From Zootoca vivipara (lineage: Eukaryota), in NCBI RefSeq assembly GCF_963506605.1, contig NC_083279.1, positions 28,086,001 through 28,150,000 on the forward strand: a DNA stretch of 64,000 nt, written 5' to 3'. Below, piece by piece: positions 48,224 through 60,200 of this stretch (positions within the stretch are counted from its first letter, which is position 1; each line of letters opens with the position of its first letter). The notes beneath the pieces are model-generated. The model was not told where the DNA came from. It saw only the letters and a list, made by a program, of their open reading frames with translations, and did not search any database. The translations under genes were made by a program, and so were the position numbers.

Positions 48224-51200
48224 CTATAAAAATAAAATAAAAGTTGGTGTCAAACTTTGCACAGCCTAAATTAAAAAAAAAAAGCAGGGGTGTTATTTCA
48301 TAAAGCCCACATATTTCAAATGGAGTATTGAATTCCCAGAAAGGTCATATGACATTTGAGGAAGAAAAATGGAAGAAACTAAGTTACAATGGTTAACAGC
48401 ATAAAAGAAGAGCAGGCCCTTCTAGATCTGGGGAACTACCGTATTGGCCTGAATATAAGCCTCACTCCCCCCCCCCAATTCCGACTGTGAAAAGTTAAAG
48501 TGCGGCATTTGCAACCTTATGGTGTGCAGCCAGGAGCGTGGGGCAAACAGCGCCAGGAGCACAGCACAGCAGCGCCCACCCAGTGCATAGTCCCCCGTCT
48601 TCTCCCCCAAGGCCAGGAAGGGAGACAGCAAGGAAGGGGAAAGGCCATTGGCAATGCAGCTCAGCTGCCCCCCCCCCTCCATGCAGGCTGGAGCAGCAAG
48701 GAAGGGAGTGGCTTATATTCAGGCCAATATGGTATAATCTTGCCCAATATCCTATTTCCAAGAGAGGCTAGCCATATTTGAAGAAAGTGGATAGGGAGTT
48801 CCTTAATCCCTCTTTCATAATACAGTGGTACCTTGGGTTACGAACTTAATTCGTTCCGGAGGTCCGTTCTTAACCCGAAACTGTTTTTAACCTGAGGCGC
48901 GCTTTTGCTAATGGGGCTTCCCGGTGCCACCACACTGCCGCCGCACGATTTCCATTCTCACCCTGGGGCAAAGTTCGCAACCCAAGGTACAGCCATACCT
49001 CGGTTTAAGTACGCTTCGGTTTGAGCACTTTCAGTTTAAGTACTCCACGGACCCGTCTGGAACGGATTAATCAACTTTCCATTACTTTCAATGGGAAAGT
49101 TCGCTTCAGGTTAAGTACGCTTCAAGTTAAGTACAGACTTCCAGAAACAATTACACTCATACTTTGGGTTAAGTACGCTTCAGGTTGAGTACTCCGAGGA
49201 CCCGTCTGGAACGGATTAATCTACATTCCATTACTTTCAATGGGAAAGTTCGCTTCAGGTTAAGTACGCCTCAGTTTAAGTACTGTGCAGACCATCTGGA
49301 ATGGATTAATCCACTTTCCATTACTTTCAATGGGAAAGTTTGCTTCAGGTTAAGTACAGACTTCTGGAACCAATTGTGTACTTAAACCGAGGTACCACTG
49401 TACTACTTCCGGGTTAACGGAGTTTGTAACCCAAAGCGTTTGTAACCCAAGGTACCACTGTACCTTGTGAAACCACTCTCTCTTAGCCCAACAAAGCAAA
49501 AGGTAACACCCTTATACTGTCTGAGAATTGTTCCATGTAGCCAAGTGCTATCTACACTGACTGACAGCGCCCCCAGGCTTTCAAACAAGGGGCTAACCCT
49601 AGCCCTATCTTGAGTTGGAAGAATTAGATATTTTCTTTGCAGTTACCAATACAGCCATGATGCACAATCAGGTTCTCAACCCTGGTAATGTCTTGAAGAG
49701 CTGAACCATTACATTAACAAGTAGAAACAAAATAAAAAAATTCCTTCAGTAGCACCTTAAAGACCAACTAAGTTTTTATTTTGGTATGAGCTTGCTCATA
49801 CCAAAATAAATACATAGTTGGTCTTTAAGGTGCTACTGAAGGAATTTTTTTATTTTGTTTCGACTCAGACCAACACGGCTACCTACCTGTAACATTAACA
49901 AGTAGGGCAATAATAGTATTCCTACACAGACACATACCTTGTTGCTTTACTTGTGCTGCACGTATTTCATGCCCGAGACTATTATGGGCAACACATGTGA
50001 AGTCTGTATTGAAATCAGCTTCTTTCACAGGGTCAAAAATCAAGGGCACCTCAATGTAATTTTCACCATTTTCTACAAGTTCCCTAAAACAAGGAAACAG
50101 CAATTTATAGGATCACTTTTTTTTAATTGATAGCATTTCAAGAACGCTGTAATTTGATTATTATTTTTTAGTCTAGCATTGTGTGGTGGGTGGGTGGTGA
50201 GGTGCATAACAATGAGCACAGCATTTTATAGCACATGGGAATATGTTCATTTCACTACAACACCCTGATTTTGAATATTTTGTATTCAAAATAGTAAGAA
50301 AAGTGGGTTTGACAGGATCTCAGTAGTGAACCATTTTAATGTACAGTAGTTGTTAGTGTGTCAGGGGGATTCCACACTGCAACTAGGTTGTTGGCATGCT
50401 TTAACTTTTGGGATTTCCCCCAGAGAGGGAAAACCTTGCATGCAGCAGGAGCACCAACCCCACAATAACCATCTGTCTGGAAGCACTTTGAGACTAAAAC
50501 CAGGACAATGCAGATTCATATTCTCATTCAGCCACGAAGTATACTATGGTGACTGAATAGGCTTTGAATGTGGTTTAAAGGTGAAAAATATAATAAATGA
50601 TAGAGAGAGGAAGCTGCAGCTCAAGATAGGAAAAGAGGTATTAGGGACCTCATTGCTACTATAAATAAATTAAGATTTGCAGGGCCTGGTGAACTTCATC
50701 CAAGAGTACTAAAAGAATTCGCAGATACGGTCTCAGAGCCTCTGTCTATAATTGCTTAAAAAAATCTTGGGAAACAGATGAGGTCCCCATGGACTGCAGG
50801 CATTAAAAAAGGGAGCAGGCGGAGGAACCGGGAAATGACCAACCGGTCAGCTTGACATTGATACCAGGAATTGTTCTGGAACAGATAATTAAACAGTCTG
50901 TCTGTGAGCACTTAGAAATGGATGTTGTGATTATGAAGAGCCAGCATGGGTTTCTCGAAAGCAAATCATGCCAGACTGAAATCGGACCCAGAACTCTTTT
51001 TTGGATAGAGTTTCAAACTTGGTGGATCAGGGGAATGGTGAGGATGTAGCACATCTTGATTTCAGTAAGGCTTTCAACAAAGTCCCCCATGATATACTTG
51101 TGGAGAAGTTGGTGAGCTAGATGATGTCACAGTTAGGTGGCTAGCTGGAGGTGATGCCAAAGTGAAGTGTAAGTGAACTATGTATACAATAATGGTCAGC

Positions 51201-54200
51201 CTCATCTTGAATTGGGATGTTTTCTTCTCATTGCTGAATCCAAAACTATGGCAGGGTTGTAGTGGCTAGAAACCTAACAGAGGACCAAGATCTGTTAATG
51301 CTGTGAGCCTTTTCATCTTGTGTATATATGTGCAAATAGAACCACGTATCCCAAATATACTGCTGTCTCAAGTGACCTCCATTTTAAAGAAACTAAACCC
51401 AAGGTATGTGTTGGCACCTCTCACTGCTCAGAGATTGGGGTGAGCGTAATAATACTTACTGACGTTCTCCTTCTGTAACTCTGCCCTTTTGATAAAGCCT
51501 ACCAATGTAAGTTTTGTTGGCTAGCCACCAAACCTCGGTATAAAAATGGCTGCTTTCTCCAGTAAGCACTTTACATATCATTGTCAGTCGGGAACCTAGT
51601 TTTGAAAGGAAACATGGAAGTACTGTAAGAACAAACAAATGTTGAGTACTATGTTGAGCAATAATGGATATCACCACTCCTTAATTCTTAAGTCTTCTGA
51701 AGAGCTCAATACATTCTTATTTCAGTTGGCATTCAATGGCCAGGATTAAGTACCGGTAGGTGTGTTATGGTTTTATTGCATGCCCTCTGTTTTAATAAAA
51801 TAAAATAAAATTCCTTCCAGTAGCACCTTGGAGACCAACTAAGTTTGTCATTGGTATGAGCTTTTGTGTGCATGCACACTTCTCTAAGGTGCTACTGGAA
51901 GGAATTTTTGTTTGTTTGTTTCAACTACAGCAGACCAACACACCTGTAACTAGAAGTTTGTTTTAATTGTTACCAAATCAGACTCCTTGGGGAAAGGTAT
52001 ATTAGAAACTGAACTAAATAAACCAACAAGTCTACCCGGAGAAGCAATTGGCCATTATTCATCATGTAAATAAATGTAAATGCTTTTAGTAAAACAGGTG
52101 GAAGAAGAAAATACAATTCTCACACCACTTCTTCTAAAGTCTGATTACCTGCAGACACTTAAAGTGTTGCAAACGTCTTGGTTTTTGTCCACTTCCAATG
52201 CAAATAATGTATTGGGCATCCAGTTCAGCACTTGGCATACGCCAGTCAAATATTGTTGTTAAACACTGCATGGTGCCAGGAATGCCACGGTATAGACAGC
52301 AGCTTACAATTTTCATATATTTGTAAGATTTATATCCCACTTTCCATCACCAAGCAATTCAGGGTGGGTCACAACAATAGAAATATATCACCATTATAAG
52401 AGAACAAAGGAGGCACTCATGGTGAGTTCCAGCAGCTCTTTTTTTCTAGAAAAATAGCACTGAATGTCCTAATAAAAAGAATGCTTTAAAAATAAACTTG
52501 AGTATTATTTGACAACATTTGACCAAGCCTTTTTTGACCAATCGTCCAGCCTAGTAGGGGAACCAAGAAATAGGTAGAGCATTGCAATAAACAACTGCTG
52601 CACTCCAGAGCTTTTATCATCAGCTAACAAGGATCTAATAGGATCAATAAAATGCAGCCGACCCCAACAATCTCAAGGCAAAAGTGACAGATAATTGTCC
52701 TGGCTGAGTGAAATACCTCAGACATCCCCTAGATGAGCAGGAACAGCCCAAAGAAGCAACATTTCCCAGAGATGCCTGAAGCCTCAAAATAAAAACACTT
52801 CTTTAGTAAACATCCCGGAAAGAGGAGTTGGAAGAGATGCTGGTGGAAAGTGAGTTTGAACAGCTTCTTACAGAATTAAAGCAATAAGAGTCAATCTTGT
52901 TTAGCTGATGACCCTTTCTATTTATGCTAGCCAGGATCATGTGGCTTAACCACATCCTTCTTGAGTAAGGAACACATTCCAATAGCCTAGAATAGCATGA
53001 GTCACTGTACTTGTTTGCACATGGAATATTTTATTGCTGCAGAGAAGTTTTTGGTGTTTTTTTTAATGACATTTGCTGGATCTCATTCAAAAGCACAGTA
53101 TCAGCCGGAGATGGCCCTGTCTTCAAAGGGCATTAGGTACAAAATTTCCTTCTCCCATGAAGGCACAATAAAAATATATGCTTTGTTTGAAAGGAAATCA
53201 CTTTCAAACTCGTGCACATATTTAGCAATACCGATCACTTCCTCAACGCTTTTTTTGTTATTGTTGCAAATACTGTATGCCAAGTTAGACTTGAGAACAC
53301 AGTGAACTCTTTGATACATACAATCTGCACTTGTCCGAATGATGGCAAGATGCAAGAAAATTACACACGTTGTTGTAAAATTGTCTGACTGGTGATACAA
53401 TTTGTTTAAAATTAATACAAATTTTTTTTAAAAAAAAAAAAAGATGAAAGAAAAGCCTAGATTTAGCCACAATAGAGGCCAACCTAGAAACCTACTGCCT
53501 ACCGATTGCAGAGGTCATGTTGACATCCTCATTTCCTTCTACATTTGAAGACTTGCTCACACAGAATCCATGGTAGCTCACTAGGCTAGGCCATGAGGTT
53601 CTTGGTTCAAATTACCCAGAGTCCCTGTAAGTTGCACCAATTCTTTTTAGGACCTGGAATATGTGACCACTTGTGGACAAGCGCACATCTCAGATCAGGT
53701 TCTGGGCTCCATATTCCAGCCAGCTTTTGACCTCTAGGTTGGCACAATGTGTTATGTACATGGAGCTGCCTCTGGAGATGGTTCAGAAACTTCAGTTGCT
53801 ACAGAATGCAGCAGTTGCTTACCAGGGCAGGATGGTATGAAGATATATAATGCCAATCCTGGCCTGACTGAACTGGCTGCCAGTTAGTTTCCGGGTCCGA
53901 TTCAAAATGCTATTTTTGACCTATGAAGCCTTAAACTGCTCAGGACTGCAATACTTCAAGGACCAAACTGGCCTTTTCTGAGGTGGCCCCTTGCTTGTGG
54001 AATGCTCTCCCCAGGGAGCCTTGACTGGTGCCTTCATTACATATCTTTAGGGTCCAGGCAAAAAATATTCCTCTTCTCCCAAACCTTTGGCTAATTAAAC
54101 AATATATAGCCTTTTAAAACTGGGGGGGGGGGCAGTATTGTTTTCGTTTGCTACTACAGTATGCATTTTGGTGTTGATATATTGTAAACCACCCTGTGAT

Positions 54201-57200
54201 CCTCAAATGAAGGGCAATTATGAAATGAAGGGCAATTTAGAAATTTAATAAAAATAAAAAGATTTTGGTAGGAGGTCTGGTGAAAACCTTTAGGCTAATG
54301 GTGTGGGGGGGGGCTTTTTCATTTCTTTCGCAAGGCTGGTTTATCCAAAGAGCACACACATTCCTACATTTCTGGAATAGCTGTTAAACAGAAGAAATAA
54401 GTGTTCCATATTATTGACTTTCCCCCAAGCATATAGAACACTCTTTTCTGCACTACACATATGTCATCTTTTTTTTTTCTACTTCAAGTGTCATGCATGG
54501 GTTCTCACAATGATATGGACCATATCTTTGACACCATGGTAGAGGAACAAAGTGCCAAAACTTTTTAAAGTGTTGTCCAAAGAAGAAAGGGTGTCTCGAG
54601 TGCAAGCAACAAAATGTCTTGGGAATTGTAGTTTGATGAGGGCGATCTGCTAAGAGCTCTAACCCCTAGACAGAACTTCAGTTTCAAAAGATCCCTGGAT
54701 AAGGAGAATTAGAGCCAAACAACCTATCTCCTGTATTCAAGGTGTTCTTGTTCCATTTGTTCTAAAATACATGGAAGCTGCTGGTGGTTGAGTGGCCAAC
54801 TGGGATGTCACCATGTCCTGGCAGCTACTTGTTCAATCAAAATCACCCCAGTCTGATTTCTGCCCAAGTAACTGGCAAGGAAAACGGTTCAGCTCCTCCA
54901 CTCCTTTCCTCAGTTTTGAAGACATGAAGGAACAAGGCAGGGAAAGAATCATGACAAGACACATTATGTGCAAGTTTGGTTTGGCCCTGTTCGCAAAAGG
55001 CTGAATTGTGGATCCTCTTCAGGAAGCAGCAGATATCATTAATTCTGCCACAATTATAGCAAAGTCAGTCAAACCACCATTAGCTGTTATTATGGTTGGA
55101 ACTAATGTAGTGCTAAAACCCATTGGTAAGAAATTTAAAACTGAGTTATAATTCATATTTCATAACATAATGGTACTTTGTTTTCAGAAACTGCTTGAAT
55201 AAATTATTGGCCTTACCGAGACCTGCTAATGTAATCTTTTCATTTGGGTAGACAATCACAGGTCGGTTTCTCTTCTTTTGGCCTAGTGAGAGTTCAGAGA
55301 AAAGATGTTGCAGAGAATTACATCTGCTTTTCTGATACAGCAATAGTTTCCATTATTTACCAGGATAGAGAAATAACCTCAGAAGAATAAGGCTCGGCTG
55401 AAATTTAATTGTTACCGTATCACCAGAATGAACATCGATTAGAATTCCAGTGCATTCAGAGATCTTGTGTCTCTCTCTTTCCTCTCTCTTTGCTCTGTGA
55501 AGTTTTCAGAGGTTCTCAGATTGTTTTAAATGAATTGAAATGGGGGAAGAATGTGCAGTTCTTACATTGATGTGAAAACACATTAAGCACACTACCACCC
55601 CCTGCTGGTCAGCCTGTGTACTGACTAACAGGTAAATTAACATATATATATCTATATTCATTTAACAGAGCAGCAGACAAAGAAACCTGTGCAAATTTAA
55701 AAATAAAAGGGGGAAAATGAGACAGGTGTATTTGTCTACCCTTTCCCACTATTAGTTAAATATTGCATTTCCCGAGCTAATGGAAATGACCTCCCAGGGC
55801 TGTTTTTTGGCATAAACTACTCAGTTTTGCAAGCGGAGGCATTTAACCCACAAGCATTCTACCTCCCACAAAGGCTGCGAATTCCTGACACTTCCACTGG
55901 CCACTAGCCAGCGATCTTAGTTCTCTTCTGAAACTATTTCAGGCCCTTATCTGAAGCAAATAGCTGGAATGTTGTGCTGGGTAAGCTCGGGGCTTTAGCA
56001 GTTGGCAGTTGTAATGACGAGAAAGAGTATGAGTCTTTTCTTTCGCTGCCAAAATACATCCTAGGAAAGCTGTTTAGAGACAGGATGTGCACATTCCGTG
56101 AATCTGCAGTTGGGGAACTTTTCTGATCCTGAGGGAGACATTATTTTGACCTCAACAGAAGAGTGTTTGGGGGTGTGACAATGCATGAGAGGAGGGTTAC
56201 CCATTTCCTTCCCATCGGTGACCCCATACATTAAAAATCAGCCCCACACAGGAGACTCAAAAATAGCCTTCTTCTAGTGACAACAGTGAACTGTTTTCAA
56301 GTATCAATAACTCCCTGTGGAGCGGTAAGGGGCTAGATGGGGAGGCCCCATGGCTCACATCTGGTCCACCTCTGGTCTAAATAGAATAGAATAGAATAAT
56401 TTATTGGCCAAGTATCAACCATACTTGGAATTTTGCTTCGACTACATTGCAATGTAAAGAAAAAACGTACCTCATACAACCACTATTCCCCTCACAATAC
56501 AACAGCATAGCGAAAAGGCCCTGACCACCAACTGGCCTCCCTTCCGCCCACAACTACAGATTCAACAATTTGACAAGGGAAAAAGCTATTCTTGTGCCTA
56601 GACATTTTTGTATATAGAGTCCTGTATCGACGTCCGGATGGGAGGAAATCAAACAGGATGCAAAGGGTCTACAGCAAATTTCTCTGCTCTCTTCCTGACT
56701 CGAGCAGAGGCAAACTAACTAACACCAATTACCCTCTCTGCAGTTCTTACTGCTCATTGGAGCCTCTTCTTATCCAGCTTAGAGGCTGTACCATACCAGA
56801 CAGTAATGGAATTACAGAGGACAATTTCAATAATACCTCTATAAAATTGGACCAGCGATTCCTGGGGCAGATTAAATTTCCTTAGTCGTCACAAGAAATA
56901 CAATCTCTGGTGTACCTTTTTAATAATAATATTGATGATATCTGACCAATTCAATTTTTGAGAGATCATAGAGCCCAAGAACTTAAAGGACTCTACCACT
57001 ACAACCATGTTACCAAGAATGGAGATTGGCAACAAGATGGGAGGACGCCTTCTAAAATCAATTATCATTTCCACTGTCTTTTGGGCATTTAGCACCAAGT
57101 TATTCCTGCTGCACCACAAGGCAAGACGATCTACTTCCTGGCCATATGCAGATTCATCATCCTCCCGGATGAGCCCAATGACTGTTGTATCATCTGCAAA

Positions 57201-60200
57201 TTTCAAGATCTTAACTTAACTGATGGATCAGTTGAGGTGCAGTCATTTGTGTATAGAGAAAAAAGGCAGTGGGGAGAGCACACACCCTAAACTGACCGGC
57301 AATGGCTCTCCAGGTTTGCAGTCTTTTCCTGCCTTGCATAGAAATGCCACAGATTAACCCTGGGACCTTTCGTTTGCATAGCTTGTGTTCTGAGCAATGA
57401 CTCCCTGCTATGCATATTTTAACAATATGCACATTTGTATAATTGATCCATGTGGAAAATTCAAAGTTTACTTCATACCAAGTTTGTATTTTTTAAAGCA
57501 AAGCAAAGTGGATCATCTATGTACAGTCCTGCTCATCATTGCATACTTTAGTACTTCAAGAGTAAACATTACCAAGTGCTTCTAACTGAATGGTCCTGGT
57601 GATATTATATTGTCCTGCTTCGTGCCGAAAGGTCAGCTGGCAAGTATAGTAGCCTGAATCATCCAAGGACACAGAGTTTATGATGAGATAATTTGTGCCC
57701 TTCAAAACAGCAAATTTTTGGTTGTCAATAGCCAAAGGTGTTGAGTCCTAGAAACAAAATAAAAATAAAAGTACACAAATAAAATGGGCAGCCAAACATT
57801 TAGTTATGAAATACAGCAGCCAAGAAGTCTTAAGGTGATTTTTCCCCCCAGTGAATTCTTAATGTCACTGAGCTAGTTTAACATCCATTGATGCAGCAAT
57901 GGTGGCATTTTGGAAAGGCCATGAAGCAGTTGAAAGACTTTGCGGCAGGGGTCCGATTCCTGGCTAATTCCAAAGCAGAAAAGTGCCTCCAATAAGCTTT
58001 TTATACACATAAAGCTTAAATGCCACTGTTTATTAATATGTACATGAACACAGAGGATCTTGCAGTAAGCACCAGACCCACACCTTTCCCCCTCCTTTTC
58101 CCCGCACAGAGTCGGAATAAGAGTTATTTTCATTTTCCACAAATCCTGGTTTATTACATTCAAACCAAGGGCAATGGTTTAAAACAAGCTCTGACCAGTT
58201 TAAAAACAGGCGAACTTAACAAAAAACAAAAAAACCATGGGTTATGAAGCTGGCTTCCTTAACTAAGCAGGGTTTGAAAGTGTGGCTATTTGGTTTACTC
58301 CTAACAATAAGCTAGGAAGTGCTGAAGGGGGAACTAACTGGAGAAGACATGGAGAGGGGGAGGGAAATGCAAGGTTCTGGGTGCTCAGTGCAGGCTCTTG
58401 TACATTACACCAAACTATGGGGCAAATGCAGCCAGGGCCGTCTTTACCCGGGGGTGCAAGGGGTGCGGGGCACCCAGGAGCCGAATTCTGGGGGCGCCAG
58501 GTGCCCACCGCTGAAGCCGCCTAAGCTCTAAACTATCTACCTGTTATGAAATAATAAATAATTTTGATCAAGCTAGAAAAACAAAATACATATACCTAGG
58601 TATGACCGAAATGTATACCTACAGTTTCACTAAAGGACTTTCGACTTGAGCTCATTTACCAAAGCCGCGCTGCGCCAACAGCGGTGCTTGTCATTCACAA
58701 CAGCACCGTGCACGCAAAATTAACTCTTGCATCAAAATATTATGTTACGTATTGTATTGAGCTGCTATATTGTATTGACCTTTGGCACGACTGATGTTTC
58801 TCCTAAGTAGGTGCCTAAACAATACTTATAAGTTTAAGTGTGGTGGTGGTGTATATTTAAGTATAAGTGTATTGTAAAGAAATGAGCAAATAAAAAACTT
58901 TGTTTCTTTTTCCTCCCTTCTTTCGTAAACAAGAGATAAGGCGTAAGTGTGGTGTCTGACATGAGCATAATAAAAGTTAATTTGGGGGCTAAACTAAATT
59001 TGGGGGCACTGGGTGGATCTTTGCACCCTGGCGGCGCATATGCTAAAGACAGCGCTGAATGTCCAGCCCAGAAAGTCAGGCAGAGACAAAGGAAGATGGG
59101 GTTTCTATACCTTTAGAAGTGCACTAGAGTGACTAGTCGTAGGACCAACTCTAATTCATGTGACATGCTCTACCTCCTCAAACCCCTTCTTTTTACACTG
59201 TTATTAAAGGTACGGGAAATCCTTTGCTTTGAGTAACTCTGGACTTAAATTCTCTTCAGTTTCAGTGTGGTGCCAGGAAAGGAAAGGGCTCTTTGTGAGG
59301 TCATTCTGTTGGAGTCTTGCAATAAACCACATGGTTACACAATAATGACTAACTATTGTAGTGGCAGTGTAAGTGGAAAATTCCATATTGTATTGATCAA
59401 CTAATGATAGATTAAAAAAGGACAAGCCTCCGTTTCTGGTCCATATCACTTTCACATGTGTTCACCCAGAAATCTTCTCCATCCCATATGTGCATTAATG
59501 TTTTTTTGGGGGGGGGGTTGTTTATTTATTTATTAAAAACCTGAGCAAGAAACATTTAAGTGCTTATTCTCAACTGCATTTTCTCTTAAAACATGCATTT
59601 TGTTTTCTCTCCAAATATTTTTCTTGATAATTTATATTGAACCGAAAATTATGTCAACAGCATCTGGAGAAGTGTGAGATCTGATGGGCATGTTCTGATC
59701 CACACATTAGTCAGTCCAGGAATTGCAGATTAGGCCAGTTCATATCAGAATGAGCGATGATCAAATTCCTCAGGCAAACCTGCTCAAAATGGTTCTCCAT
59801 CACAAAGTCAACTTGGCACGATTCCAGAATAACTTTTTTAAAAGGATCTCGTGATCCTGGGCTTCACTTTCCATTCTTGGCCAGACACTGTTATCACTAA
59901 ATAAAAACTCATGGTCTAGTCAGTTGCTGACAGACCTGGTTTCTAGTGAAAGGGCTATAAACTACAGATAAATTTAGCAGGGCTCTGCAGGATTTCAGAA
60001 CTACTGCCCTCCAGTTACCAAGTCATTAGTGTCAAAATTTAATGTGCACCGTGCACATTCATAATTCAACAGAATTTACACATGGAAAATGGTTTGTTTA
60101 GAATTTGGATGGAGTGGGTGGCTTTAATTAAGAGAAAAGGAGGAAATTAGTTTTGGCGAACTAAATTAAGTGCTAAGCAGTTCCAAAAAAAAAGCCTCAG

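Noticed and set aside
48990-49400. Repeated units resembling a CRISPR array
   Set aside because: Eukaryotic DNA; internal tandem repeats of a TIR-bounded MITE without unique spacers
52997-53482. Overlapping ~100-aa ORFs in an IL1R2 intron
   Set aside because: No recognisable domain or splice-consistent frame; IL1R2 exon phases are complete without it
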